NCBI GenBank assembly: GCA_965209085.1
Contig: OZ242376.1
Span: 32,001-96,000, forward strand
Direction of reading: 5' to 3'
Source of the DNA: Nitrosopumilaceae archaeon
Lineage (GTDB): Archaea; Thermoproteota; Nitrososphaeria; Nitrososphaerales; Nitrosopumilaceae
DNA length: 64,000 nucleotides
The notes under the pieces are model-generated. The model worked only from the letters and a program-made list of their open reading frames with translations, ran no database searches and was not told the DNA's origin. Below, piece by piece: positions 29,429 through 39,599 of this stretch. The first letter of the stretch is position 1, and each line of letters opens with the position of its first letter. A program made the position numbers and the translations under genes.

Positions 29429-30025
29429 TTAATCCACCATCTTGCCTTTTGTACTTGGAATTCCTTTTTGTTTTGGATCCGCGGACATGGCCTGACGTAG
29501 TGCTACTGCAAGGGATTTTATGGCAGCTTCTACTTTGTGGTGATCGTTCTGACCGTTCTTTACGATCACGTGTATGCAGCTGTTCATGTTTGTCAAAAGC
29601 GATTGGAAAAAATGTTCGAGATCTTCTTTTGAAACTTTTTCAATGCTGGATCGTTTTAATGACAATGAAAGAACAGAATACTGCCGGCGAACCAGATCTA
29701 CGGAAGCTTCTGCCAGTGCCTCATCCATTGGTACTGAAGCGTGTCCAAACCGTGTAATGCCGGATCTGTTGCCAAGTGCCTTGTCGATTGAAGATCCTAT
29801 TGTAATTGCCGCATCTTCGACCAAATGGTGCTCTATGCCGTCTTTTGAGACCGCTTTTATCTTTAGATCCATTAGAGAGTGTTTTGCAAATGAAACTATC
29901 ATGTGATCGACAAAACTGATTCCAGTTGACGCTGAAACCTTGCCTGAACCGTCAAGATTTACGGATACTTCTACGGTTGTTTCGCCGGTTTTACGTTTTA
30001 CTGTTACCTTTCTTGCAGCCATCAT
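29429..30025 (-). CDS. hisB: Imidazoleglycerol-phosphate dehydratase
   Basis: [25 protein letters not shown]. Confidence 0.96.
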   Translation of the reverse strand: MMAARKVTVKRKTGETTVEVSVNLDGSGKVSASTGISFVDHMIVSFAKHSLMDLKIKAVSKDGIEHHLVEDAAITIGSSIDKALGNRSGITRFGHASVPMDEALAEASVDLVRRQYSVLSLSLKRSSIEKVSKEDLEHFFQSLLTNMNSCIHVIVKNGQNDHHKVEAAIKSLAVALRQAMSADPKQKGIPSTKGKMVD

Positions 30026-30082
30026 GCACCATAAAATTCTACTCGTGGTAGATTTTATGTATTCGCATTACATGTACGGCTA

Positions 30083-30346
30083 TTACGTAAGTGGATAGTT
30101 TTGTATACGCAAAACGGCGTCAAGATTACTGGCTGATTTTGGGTCAGAATTAGGCAATGGAGCCAAGTACAGTATGCGGTTGTTTGTATGGGTTGCTATG
30201 ACAGTACAGTATTCTGTAGGGCACACTAGTATATCTTTCTGCATCCACCATAGTTTATGGTTAATCATCATTTTATAGTACATTGGTTTTAATGACACAG
30301 TTTTGCAGACTGGACACATTTCGTGCTTTTTTACTACTTTTTTCAT
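30083..30346 (-). CDS. AT-rich small hypothetical protein with CxxC...Cx4C
   Basis: ORF with CPVC and CPTEYC in AT-rich context; no family recognised. Confidence 0.45.
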   Translation of the reverse strand: MKKVVKKHEMCPVCKTVSLKPMYYKMMINHKLWWMQKDILVCPTEYCTVIATHTNNRILYLAPLPNSDPKSASNLDAVLRIQNYPLT

Positions 30347-30406
30347 ATAATATATGTAATTTAACATATAATTAAATGGATTTGTTACATAAAATTCGGA
30401 AAATAG

Positions 30407-31465
30407 TTAATATTTTGGCATTTTATTTTCAGATAAATCCGATGTGGCTCCGTTTGTCTTATCTTTGTACTTTGAAAGTGCCAGTTTTACAAGCAAAAAC
30501 CATGTTATGGCTATGGGGATATAGTATGTGGCAACACGCCAGCCGATTACCGACTTCCAAATATCCGAATGTCCAGTGACTTCCAAATTGAATATGTCCG
30601 CGTTTGTAAGATATGCTACAATTCCAAATTCTGCAAGACCTGAGCCTCCCACCGTAATTGGCAGATTTCCTATTGCATTTGCACCCATTACTGCCATTAT
30701 TGAATCAAATGTGCCAACCACATATCCGGTTCCAAGCGTAATTATCAGAAATGAAATGCCGTACAAGATCCATGCAACAATTGATGCAGCAAGCGATACT
30801 AGAAATGTTTTTTTTGCCTTTGCCGTATGCATGTTATTCCGGCTCATTACACATATCTCGCTCATCCAGTTATTTGCCATTTTTACCGTGCTTGTTCCCT
30901 GCTTTTTGGAGATTTTAACCAAAAGATGTTCAACAACTTTGGGAGTTTGGAACGTGCGTTTTGATGATAAAAAGAAGAGTACCACCCACAGTACAGTTAT
31001 TGGTATGCTAGTTCCAAGCACTAAGGCAGATATCACATATGCGCCATTTACCAGTGCAATAATTCCTGCAAGAACTGACAATATTCCAGCTGCAAATACT
31101 TCAGTTACAATATCCAAAATTGCAACCCACATGGCCTGTGATGTTTTTACTTTTTTCTTGTGCAGATAATAAATTACCACAAGTTCTGCTCCTACGAACA
31201 TGGGGGTTGTAAATTTTATAAATTCGCTACCCATACGCACCCCCGTCAGCATTTTGATGCTGTCAAATGATTTTCCGATATAAGTGCGGGCAATGTAGGC
31301 AAATTTTATTCCCTGCAGGGCAAGCTTTGCCACTAGGAGACCCACTGCCCCAATGAACGGCCAAAGACCCACTGCAAGAATATCATCAATGCCTATGTCA
31401 AATTGTATGGCTATTGCCAGTATGGGCACGAGTGTGACAGGTATTACCACTAGTCTCCAGTTCAT
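30407..31465 (-). CDS. UPF0104 / LPG-synthase-TM flippase-like membrane protein
   Basis: TP..VG.E, LP.T.GG.G.AE, WR..TYY motifs; multi-TM. Confidence 0.85.
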   Translation of the reverse strand: MNWRLVVIPVTLVPILAIAIQFDIGIDDILAVGLWPFIGAVGLLVAKLALQGIKFAYIARTYIGKSFDSIKMLTGVRMGSEFIKFTTPMFVGAELVVIYYLHKKKVKTSQAMWVAILDIVTEVFAAGILSVLAGIIALVNGAYVISALVLGTSIPITVLWVVLFFLSSKRTFQTPKVVEHLLVKISKKQGTSTVKMANNWMSEICVMSRNNMHTAKAKKTFLVSLAASIVAWILYGISFLIITLGTGYVVGTFDSIMAVMGANAIGNLPITVGGSGLAEFGIVAYLTNADIFNLEVTGHSDIWKSVIGWRVATYYIPIAITWFLLVKLALSKYKDKTNGATSDLSENKMPKY

Positions 31466-31566
31466 GATCTCATGTCCCCCTTTACAAATAAAAGCTAAAG
31501 CCTAGAATACAGATCCCCTCGTACGAGCCGCCCTGTTAAAATACAAGCAATGGGCGTTTAGGAGGG

Positions 31567-32325
31567 TTGAAGGCTATTTTTATCGCTGGCACGGCAGGAT
31601 CTGGCAAGTCAACATTGGTCACAAGGATCAAAGAGCATTATACAAAAAGCGGATCTTTTGCAGCGGCTCTAAATTTGGATCCTGGAATCGAAGATACGCC
31701 GTATGATCCTGATGTGGACATTCGTGATTACATAGACGTGGTTGCCCTGATGAGAAGACACAAGCTTGGTCCAAACGGCGCTCTAATAATGGCAAGTGAT
31801 ATTATGGCATCAAAGCTGGATCTCATACAAAACGAGGTGGACACAATTAATCCTGATTATCTCATAGTAGATACGCCAGGTCAGATAGAGCTTTTTGCAT
31901 ACAGGGACAGCGGACCTTACATTACGGAAAATCTTATTGCCGAAGAAAAAGTTGGAATTTTTATGTATGATGGTAAATTGATTACCAATCCGTCAAATTT
32001 TGTTTCCATATCAATGCTGGCAACTTCAATTCGGCTGCGACTTGGACTGCCAATGATAAACTTGCTTAGCAAACAGGATTTGATTGTGGACATGGTTGGT
32101 GAAATTATAAAATGGTCTTCAAATTTACCGGCACTGGAGAATGCAATAGCTTCTAGCACCGACGGAGAATCATATTCGCTCATAACAAACATACTTCGGG
32201 GACTCAATCAGGGGGGATTCTCACAGGGACTCATTCCCATATCTAGTGTCACAGGAGAGGGAATGGTAAATCTAGAGATGGCTTTGGGCAGAATCATCAG
32301 TTTAGGTGAGGAGATTGAGAGCTGA
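31567..32325 (+). CDS. GPN-loop GTPase
   Basis: GTAGSGKST, NLDPG, LGPNGAL, DTPGQIELF. Confidence 0.93.
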   Translation: MKAIFIAGTAGSGKSTLVTRIKEHYTKSGSFAAALNLDPGIEDTPYDPDVDIRDYIDVVALMRRHKLGPNGALIMASDIMASKLDLIQNEVDTINPDYLIVDTPGQIELFAYRDSGPYITENLIAEEKVGIFMYDGKLITNPSNFVSISMLATSIRLRLGLPMINLLSKQDLIVDMVGEIIKWSSNLPALENAIASSTDGESYSLITNILRGLNQGGFSQGLIPISSVTGEGMVNLEMALGRIISLGEEIES

Positions 32326-33260
32326 TGGCACTCTCATCTACTGCAAAGGCGCCCTCATCTACTGCCAATTTGGGTTCTGGATTTGATGTTTTTGGACTTG
32401 GTTTGGATGCCTTTTACGACAGCGTGACTATGACAAAAAAAGGCAAGGGTATACGGATAACCAATTCGGATGGAACACCATCAAATGTTCTGCAAAATAC
32501 GGCCGGAATTGTGGCAAAGAAAATGGCAACAGAATACGGTATAAAGCAGGGAATCGAGATAATCATCAAAAAAGGAGTGCCTGCCGGATTCGGTATGGGA
32601 AGCAGTGCAGCCTCAGCTGCAGCTGCTGCAGTTGCATTTGACAGGCTTTTCAAGCTAAACCTGAGTTCTGATACGCTGGTCAGACATGCAGGCCAAGGGG
32701 AGATCGCAAGTGCCGGTACAATACATTATGACAACGTGGCAGCATCTGTACTGGGCGGATTTGTAATCATTCGGGACAAACCGCTTCGAATAATGAGGAT
32801 AGAGCCGCCCAAGGATCTTGTCCTGTGCGTAGCAATTCCCCATATTGACGTGCCAAAGAAAAAAACCAAAGTTTTGCGCAGCGTGCTGCCAAAAAAAGTC
32901 CCATTTGCCGACTGTATAGAAAACATTTCAAGTGCAGCATCCATGGCCGCCGCTTTTGCCGTAAAAGATTCACAGGTGGTAGGTGAGTCAGTAAACGACG
33001 TAATTGTAGAACCGGCAAGAAAATTTGCAATTCCCGGTTTTGATCGGATTAAAAAAAATGCCATGGCAGCTGGTGCAAACGGATTTACCATAAGCGGTGC
33101 CGGTCCGTCAGTCATTGCATTCTCATCATCAGATGCCAATCTGGAAGAAATTTGCAGTGCCATGGAAAAAGGATTCCATTCGGCTAAAACCAAATGTACC
33201 GCCCTTATATGCAGACCTAGCGCCGGCGCCATACGTAAAAGGGGCTCACAAAAACGTTGA
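32325..33260 (+). CDS. thrB: Homoserine kinase
   Basis: PSSTANLGSGFD, G.GMGSSAAS, HYDNVA, ISGAGPS. Confidence 0.95.
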   Translation: MALSSTAKAPSSTANLGSGFDVFGLGLDAFYDSVTMTKKGKGIRITNSDGTPSNVLQNTAGIVAKKMATEYGIKQGIEIIIKKGVPAGFGMGSSAASAAAAAVAFDRLFKLNLSSDTLVRHAGQGEIASAGTIHYDNVAASVLGGFVIIRDKPLRIMRIEPPKDLVLCVAIPHIDVPKKKTKVLRSVLPKKVPFADCIENISSAASMAAAFAVKDSQVVGESVNDVIVEPARKFAIPGFDRIKKNAMAAGANGFTISGAGPSVIAFSSSDANLEEICSAMEKGFHSAKTKCTALICRPSAGAIRKRGSQKR

Positions 33261-33931
33261 AGAAAAAGGCAGTACTCGTGTACAGTGGCGGTGCAGATTC
33301 AGTCTGTGCTGCAATCATGCTTGCAGACAAATACGATGTATATGGAATAACATTCTCCTATGGCCAGCGTGCAAAACGTGAGGTGGTTGTTGCAAAAAAA
33401 CTTGCACGGCATCTGGGAATGAAAAAACACAAAATTGTAGACATTGGTTTTATGAAAGATCTCTACGGGGATGATGTCCTAACCGATCCCAAACGGGATG
33501 TTCCAGATAAATTCGATTATTCCATAGTGGTGCCCATACGTAATGCTGTCTTTTTATCGATTGCCACCGCATGGGCATATACGCTGGGAGCGCAGCTGGT
33601 AGGATACGGCGCGCATACAGGCGACATTGATTATCCGGACTGCAGACCAGCATTTGCCAAAAAACTTGCAGATACGTTCAACGTGGGTGAAAAAGACGGC
33701 ATAGAGTCAGGCTTGCGTAAAAAAATCAAAATCTGGAGTCCGTATGCAGATTCACTCTCAAAGAGTGATTTGTTAAAAGTGGGGTACAAGAAACTTGGAG
33801 GTACGCTCTTTGAGACATGGAGCTGTTATGTGAATAAAAAACTCCACTGTGGAAAATGTGAATCCTGCAACAACCGCAAAAAAGCGTTCATGCGCGCTCA
33901 CATACCGGACAAAACATCATATCTTCTCTAA
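33257..33931 (+). CDS. queC: 7-cyano-7-deazaguanine synthase
   Basis: SGGADS, YGQR, VPIRN, YPDCRP, TWSCY..HCGKCESC. Confidence 0.95.
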   Translation: MKKKAVLVYSGGADSVCAAIMLADKYDVYGITFSYGQRAKREVVVAKKLARHLGMKKHKIVDIGFMKDLYGDDVLTDPKRDVPDKFDYSIVVPIRNAVFLSIATAWAYTLGAQLVGYGAHTGDIDYPDCRPAFAKKLADTFNVGEKDGIESGLRKKIKIWSPYADSLSKSDLLKVGYKKLGGTLFETWSCYVNKKLHCGKCESCNNRKKAFMRAHIPDKTSYLL

Positions 33932-34272
33932 GCAAGGGTTTTCTTTTTTAGAACAATTCTGCGCAGACCCATATACCAAATGCCAAAAAAACCGGCAAAT
34001 ATAATGTAAAAGATCCAGTTGGAGGTTGCCGCAATTTTACCCTGTACGTCCATCGGTATGTCCTGAAAAGCGCTTGTCATTACAGTGACGCCCTGCCAGG
34101 ATTCTAGCGCATCTCCGTAGCCCAATGCGGCCGCCACGTTATACAAGATGGCATCAGATATCTGCTGGGCAATTACCATTGAAGCTATAAAGACTAGGGC
34201 AAATTCTATGGCATACCAAATCCAGTTTGGCCAGGATTCGCTTGGTACACTAATGTTATCATGGGCGGTCAT
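33928..34272 (-). CDS. Small two-TM membrane protein
   Basis: Two hydrophobic helices, basic C-terminus. Confidence 0.65.
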   Translation of the reverse strand: MTAHDNISVPSESWPNWIWYAIEFALVFIASMVIAQQISDAILYNVAAALGYGDALESWQGVTVMTSAFQDIPMDVQGKIAATSNWIFYIIFAGFFGIWYMGLRRIVLKKKTLA

Positions 34273-34312
34273 GCGACAACACCTCTAGTACACATAATTA
34301 ACATTTGGTAAA

Positions 34313-34873
34313 TCACTTCAGATTAACCCCCTTTACGGTATTGTGAATCATTGTGATAATGCTGTCTTTTTCCACCTGTTTTGCAAATATGCCACGAAAT
34401 GCGCTAGATGTCATCTCCGCACTGCTGCGAACTCCCCGCATCTTCATGCACAAATGTTCAGCCTGTGCTATAACTGCCACGCCTTTTACTTCTTGTGAAT
34501 ACAAGTCGTCTGCAATGTTTTTTGTAAGACGTTCCTGAATCTGCAGCCTTTTAGAGTATTTTTCCACTAGACGGATTAATTTTGAGACACCAAATACGCG
34601 CCCATTTGGCGAATATGCTATGTGTATTTTGCCAAAAAACGGAAGCATGTGGTGTTCACACATTGAGTAAAATTCAATATTTTGGACTATTACCGTATCT
34701 GAATCCTCTGAAAACTGTACTGCAAGCTGCGATTCACTCTCGTATCCGCCGAATATTTCCCTGTACATTTTGGCTATGCGCTGTGGCGTGTCCCGTAGGC
34801 CTTCGCGTGTGGGATCTTCGCCTATCTCTATTATCAGATTTTTTATAAGATTCTTTACCCGTTCTTCATCCAT
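34313..34873 (-). CDS. folE: GTP cyclohydrolase I (type IA)
   Basis: REGL.DTP.R, CEHHMLPF, RLQIQERLT, HLCM.MRG. Confidence 0.95.
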   Translation of the reverse strand: MDEERVKNLIKNLIIEIGEDPTREGLRDTPQRIAKMYREIFGGYESESQLAVQFSEDSDTVIVQNIEFYSMCEHHMLPFFGKIHIAYSPNGRVFGVSKLIRLVEKYSKRLQIQERLTKNIADDLYSQEVKGVAVIAQAEHLCMKMRGVRSSAEMTSSAFRGIFAKQVEKDSIITMIHNTVKGVNLK

Positions 34874-34916
34874 TAATGCACGCTAAATTTGGTCACATAT
34901 TTGAGTTATGCGGAGA

Positions 34917-35630
34917 TTAGGGAGCTCCCAGGACTTTGTGCATTTGCGGTATTACCCTGACGATTGTGTGATATTTGGCTGCCGCATCATACATCCGCAT
35001 TAAGAGGGAGAGTTTTGGTTCCGCTATGCCGTGCGTGGGTTGGATAATCAAGCCCAGTATTTTCAAAGCTCTCTTATCGGCAAATATGTCAGCAAGCATA
35101 CGCTCAAAATCGGCAAAATTTGTTTTCGAGCTTACAACAATCTTTACGTACGTCTTTTTGCCGGCCATGACGGATTGTACAAGACATTCCAAAGCTTGCG
35201 CAAATAATTTCGGATGTTGTTCGGGCGGCACAAATCCGGATTCGATGGTTTTGAATTCAACCTTTGCCATGTCTATAAACGGTAGCACGTGTGAAAATCT
35301 TTTTGCATCAAAACATGAGGATTCCAGATAGGTTGGCATGTTTTTGGACTGGGCAAATTTTGCCATTTTAGCTACTGCCTCGTGTTGTATGAGTGGGTCT
35401 CCTCCGGTAAAATTGATTTTATAGGTGCCCGGCTGCAGTTCTTTTTCCATCATATCACATGCTTTATCCATATCAAATTCAGTTCCAGAATCCAGCGGAA
35501 GTGAATCCAGAGTGTCGCAGTAAAAACATCCGTAAGGGCATCCGGCAAGGCGTACAAAAAGAGTTTTTGTCCCGCAGAAAATTCCTTCGCCCTCTATAGA
35601 GGTAAATATCTCAGTTATTCTTACTTTCAC
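34917..35630 (-). CDS. queE: 7-carboxy-7-deazaguanine synthase (radical SAM)
   Basis: EIF.SIEGEG, CxxxCxxC (CPYGCFYC), TGGDP, PQMHK. Confidence 0.92.
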   Translation of the reverse strand: MKVRITEIFTSIEGEGIFCGTKTLFVRLAGCPYGCFYCDTLDSLPLDSGTEFDMDKACDMMEKELQPGTYKINFTGGDPLIQHEAVAKMAKFAQSKNMPTYLESSCFDAKRFSHVLPFIDMAKVEFKTIESGFVPPEQHPKLFAQALECLVQSVMAGKKTYVKIVVSSKTNFADFERMLADIFADKRALKILGLIIQPTHGIAEPKLSLLMRMYDAAAKYHTIVRVIPQMHKVLGAP

Positions 35631-35678
35631 AGCACTGATGGATTTGTCTGATTATTTATTCACTGATGTGATCCAAGT

Positions 35679-35873
35679 CTAATGCATTACCGGATGTTTT
35701 GTATAAAAAAGACCAGATATGAAAAAAACCACTCCAAGCATGCCGATAAGACTGCCGACAAATTCAATGGTAGAGGCAATTTCTGCATCATATTGAGGCA
35801 TAAACAGGGCAATTAACGCGCCGACCACTATCATTGGAATTCCAATACCAATTGATAATGTCTTTGATGCCAT
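35679..35873 (-). CDS. Small two-TM membrane protein
   Basis: MASKTLSIGIGIPMIVVG...; start refined to 35873. Confidence 0.65.
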   Translation of the reverse strand: MASKTLSIGIGIPMIVVGALIALFMPQYDAEIASTIEFVGSLIGMLGVVFFISGLFYTKHPVMH

Positions 35874-35981
35874 ATGCTGCCCTTGAATGAAAATTATATG
35901 AAGTTTGGCTTTGATGTAATTTTGCAACAGATACGGTCTTTTCAAAAAGATCGGCAACGACTTTAATAATAACGGAGGAGT

Positions 35982-36503
35982 ATGGCGCATATGGTCGGAT
36001 TTTTTAACAAAGACAATGACGGGGGCAATTATGGAACCGCAGAGGCGGATGGCAATCCAAACTCAGAACGTGTCAAGGCGGATGAACAGACACAAAAGTT
36101 TGAGCAATCGCAGGATGGACAGACTACAGGTTCCGTAGTTGGAATAGACGGCTTGATGGACAAGCGGGTAAAACTTGAAGAATCAATAAACTATGTAGGC
36201 CACATGATAAAGACCCTAAAGGACAAAAGGGCACGGCTGGAAAAAGACGTTGAAGAAGAAGCCGTAGACATCAAAAATCTCAGGGAGCAGTTGATTAAGA
36301 TCAGGGAATATATTGACGAGGAAAACAAGGGGATTGAAAATCTCACTAAAAAACGCTCCCAGATAGAATCCGAAGCCGACGAGGTACGCGGTATAATCGG
36401 CAATTTTACAGAGATGATCTCCGGAATAGATGGCATGGTAAACAAGGAAAAAGAGAAAATTGCACAGTTTAAGAAATCAATTGAAGATCAAAATTCTACA
36501 TAA
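35982..36503 (+). CDS. Coiled-coil hypothetical protein
   Basis: Long heptad-rich E/K helix; convergent with cdvB paralog. Confidence 0.75.
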   Translation: MAHMVGFFNKDNDGGNYGTAEADGNPNSERVKADEQTQKFEQSQDGQTTGSVVGIDGLMDKRVKLEESINYVGHMIKTLKDKRARLEKDVEEEAVDIKNLREQLIKIREYIDEENKGIENLTKKRSQIESEADEVRGIIGNFTEMISGIDGMVNKEKEKIAQFKKSIEDQNST

Positions 36504-37140
36504 ATTTGTTCGGGGTCTCTACAGACTGATCCAAATCTGAGGGCATGGTCGGAAATTTTGAATCCGCTGTATTTTCTGCCACAGCAGCTGCTTCCTGGAG
36601 TATCTTTTCTGATTCTTCCGTAGTTGTCGCATCTGTTCCAAAACTTGAATCACTGGTAAAGGTGTCAGTCATCATGCCTCCGAGCATTTCAGCCATCTTG
36701 CCAATCTCCTGATCTGCTCCTGGCATGAATTTTGTCAGAGAGGATTTCATTCCGTGCATTAGGCCTATTGTGGGCATTATTGCCACGATTGTGTCTCCAA
36801 GATCGTGCGTTGTCGAGAGACGTAATTCTATTTGTTCCAATGCAATGCGCGCGTTACCCAAAACTTTTGAAACTTTACGCACTTCGACAAGCTCGCTTGA
36901 GAGTACTTTGCTTGTATGAGCATCGTGTTGCTGCGTTGCTTCAACTATTTTTTTAAAAATTTTAGCGTCACGGTCTGCCAGTTTTACAAGCATGCCATCC
37001 AATTTTGTTACCTGTTTTTGCAGACGCACTATTGCAGCCTGTACCCTTGGTTTTAAGGGACCTTTGGGTTTTAGTGCATCGGAGAATCTCTCCGTCATTC
37101 CCGGTGTTGCCGGCTTTGCCCACTTGTTCTGAAACGTCAC
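36496..37140 (-). CDS. ESCRT-III / Snf7 (CdvB paralog)
   Basis: PLKPR..A...L..Q..KL, EL.E.RK, ALEQI.LRL.T..DLGD, E.EKILQEA. Confidence 0.88.
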   Translation of the reverse strand: MTFQNKWAKPATPGMTERFSDALKPKGPLKPRVQAAIVRLQKQVTKLDGMLVKLADRDAKIFKKIVEATQQHDAHTSKVLSSELVEVRKVSKVLGNARIALEQIELRLSTTHDLGDTIVAIMPTIGLMHGMKSSLTKFMPGADQEIGKMAEMLGGMMTDTFTSDSSFGTDATTTEESEKILQEAAAVAENTADSKFPTMPSDLDQSVETPNKFM

Positions 37141-37229
37141 AATGGAAACTTGACAAATCAGTTCTTAACTGGAATTGTGAATTTTGATCGACAAAGCATT
37201 AAAAATATTCAACCAAGGGCGTATTGTGC

Positions 37230-37388
37230 CTATGTGATTGTTGCTTTTTTGATCACAAGTGAATCGCTTTTAAGAAATATCCTAACGTAGTCGCCCTTTT
37301 GCATGTCCATGTGTTTGCGAAATTGTTTTGGAACCGTAACTGTGCCTGCAGAAGTAATTTTTACCATCACATATTCATCATCGGACAT
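37230..37388 (-). CDS. AbrB/MazE/SpoVT-family DNA-binding protein
   Basis: Manual translation MSDDEYVMVKITSAGTVTVPKQFRKHMDMQKGDYVRIFLKSDSLVIKKATIT (below ORF-track cutoff). Confidence 0.85.
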   Translation of the reverse strand: MSDDEYVMVKITSAGTVTVPKQFRKHMDMQKGDYVRIFLKSDSLVIKKATIT

Positions 37389-37433
37389 TAATAATTATAA
37401 ATATAATAATATAATATAATGTTTTATAATTAA

Positions 37434-38951
37434 CTAGAGTGGCTCTATTGTAGCAGGCGGTTTGCTTGATACAGCATATGTAACCCATGTAACTTCTTCA
37501 ATTTCGTTTGTTATACGTCTGGACATTTTGTCCAGTATCTCATGCGGTATGCGCGCCCAGTCCGCAGTCATCGCATCCACAGAGCTGACTATGCGGATTG
37601 TAACAATTCGTCCATACCTTCGTTCATCACCGACTACTCCAACGGCCCGGTCATCCCCCACCAACGCATACGCCTGCCATACGTCATCGTACATACAGGC
37701 AGAACGCATCTCATCTTCCACTATTGCACTTGCGGTTCTGCATATGGCAAGTTTTTCCTCCGTCACTTCCCCGATTATTCTCACTGCAAGGCCAGGACCT
37801 GGAAACGGATGGCGTTTGCATATGTGTTCGGGAATGTCAAGCACTTTTGCTATTTTTCTAACCTCGTCTTTGTACAGATCCCGCAACGGTTCAAGCAGTT
37901 TTAGGTTCAGCCAGTCCGGCAGCCCTCCCACGTTGTGGTGTGATTTTATAACCGCAGCGGGTCCTTTTGAGACTCCGCTTTCTATAATGTCCGGATACAG
38001 CGTTCCCTGTGCAAGCCATTCAAAATTCCCGTTTTTGGCATAATTGGAAAATTCTTCAACAAATGCCTCCCCTATTATTTTTCTTTTCTCTTCTGGATCG
38101 GTTTTCCCGCAAAGTTTTTGCAGAAATTTTTCTGCTGCGTCAATAAAAGTGAAATTAACACCAAAATTTTCCACAAACATTTTTTGTACCTGTTCTGCTT
38201 CCCCACGACGCAGCAGGCCGTTGTCTATAAAGACGCATTTTAGTCTCTCACCCACTGCCTTGTGCATCAGCAGGGCAGCCACGGTCGAATCAATACCGCC
38301 GCTGACGCCACATAAAATGTCCCCTTTTATCGATGAGATTTGCTCGATGGATGTTTTTACAAACGAATCCATGGTCCATTCTTTTTTTGCTCCGCATATG
38401 TTTACTACAAAATTTTCCAATATTTTCGAGCCCTGTTCTGTATGGGCAACTTCCGGGTGAAACTGCAGGCCAAATACGGGTTTTGATTCTGAAACTATGG
38501 CAGCTGCTGCGGAATTTTCTGTGCTGCCTATGACCTTGAATCCGGATGGAATTTTTTCTGCCTCATCGCCGTGGCTCATCCACGCAGTTATTTGCCCTCC
38601 AAGACCGTCAAATATGGAGTTTCTCTGCATGTTCAACGTTGATGCACCGTATTCCTTGTTTGCCCGCTTTATGCTGCCGCCGTGTTTTTCCACCACAAGC
38701 TGATGGCCATAACATATGCCTAAAATTGGAATACCCATGTCAAATACGTCAAAATCAGGTTTGGGCGCATTCTGTTCATATACGCTGGCAGGACCGCCTG
38801 AGAATATCAGACCCTTGGGGGAGAGATCCTTGATTTTATCAATGGGCGTGCCGTACGGTAAAAGCTCTGCATATACTGCAAAATCACGTATTCTTCTGCA
38901 TATGAGATGACTGTACTGGGAGCCAAAATCCAACACTGCTATTTTGTCCAT
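37434..38951 (-). CDS. guaA: GMP synthase (glutamine-hydrolysing), fused form
   Basis: LDFGSQY, GICYG, QFHPEV, SGGIDS, IKSHHNVGG, HPFPGPGLAVR, KPPATIE. Confidence 0.97.
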   Translation of the reverse strand: MDKIAVLDFGSQYSHLICRRIRDFAVYAELLPYGTPIDKIKDLSPKGLIFSGGPASVYEQNAPKPDFDVFDMGIPILGICYGHQLVVEKHGGSIKRANKEYGASTLNMQRNSIFDGLGGQITAWMSHGDEAEKIPSGFKVIGSTENSAAAAIVSESKPVFGLQFHPEVAHTEQGSKILENFVVNICGAKKEWTMDSFVKTSIEQISSIKGDILCGVSGGIDSTVAALLMHKAVGERLKCVFIDNGLLRRGEAEQVQKMFVENFGVNFTFIDAAEKFLQKLCGKTDPEEKRKIIGEAFVEEFSNYAKNGNFEWLAQGTLYPDIIESGVSKGPAAVIKSHHNVGGLPDWLNLKLLEPLRDLYKDEVRKIAKVLDIPEHICKRHPFPGPGLAVRIIGEVTEEKLAICRTASAIVEDEMRSACMYDDVWQAYALVGDDRAVGVVGDERRYGRIVTIRIVSSVDAMTADWARIPHEILDKMSRRITNEIEEVTWVTYAVSSKPPATIEPL

Positions 38952-38955
38952 GCAA

Positions 38956-39537
38956 TCATCTGCTCGTGTTTTCTAGCATTTTATTAAGAGACCAGGTGGC
39001 AGTGTTGATTATCTCCATGGCTCTTTGATGGCTATGATAGTTTTCAATTATAATTTCGCGCATTGTAGAACCGGTCTTGTTTATCGTATAATCGATGGTT
39101 TTTTGATCCGCGTCCTGAACTGTAGCATCTTTTTTCTTCATATCGGCCATAACCCTGTCAAGAAAATACGACTGGAACGGCGGAATTGTCTGTTCCAAAT
39201 CCAAATCTTCGTCCAGTATTATGGCCAACTTGTCCGGCGTCAGATATGCGTTTGCGATGACGCGTCCGCTGGAGGGATTTTTCATTGGAATACTCTCAGA
39301 ATCATCAGTTTTAGTTTTAATTTCAGTTTCTTTGGCTTTGGGTTTTTCAGGTTCAATCTGTATTGAGGATGCTTTTGTGAAACTGGACTGTTTTAAGAGC
39401 AGGTCTACGGTCTGGAGATTTTCTTCTAAAAACACCAGTTCTTCTTTTGTGGCGTCCATTTTTTGTTCTATTTTGTCCCGCAGCTGGGTCAGCTCGCGTA
39501 TTTTTTCTGGCGACTGCATACTGTAAAATAATCGCAT
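38956..39537 (-). CDS. Hypothetical protein
   Basis: N-terminal coiled coil, TPP/PPF..F motif; no function recognised. Confidence 0.7.
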   Translation of the reverse strand: MRLFYSMQSPEKIRELTQLRDKIEQKMDATKEELVFLEENLQTVDLLLKQSSFTKASSIQIEPEKPKAKETEIKTKTDDSESIPMKNPSSGRVIANAYLTPDKLAIILDEDLDLEQTIPPFQSYFLDRVMADMKKKDATVQDADQKTIDYTINKTGSTMREIIIENYHSHQRAMEIINTATWSLNKMLENTSR

Positions 39538-39599
39538 GGGTATTAAAAACGCACGGTGGAGATACAGCTGATGCTAGGTTGTGATCTGGTGATGATATT

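Noticed and set aside
33257-35630. queC/folE/queE as a 7-deazaguanine DNA-modification (Dpd) defence island
   Set aside because: No dpdA/dpdB-like genes; housekeeping context fits preQ0/archaeosine and pterin synthesis
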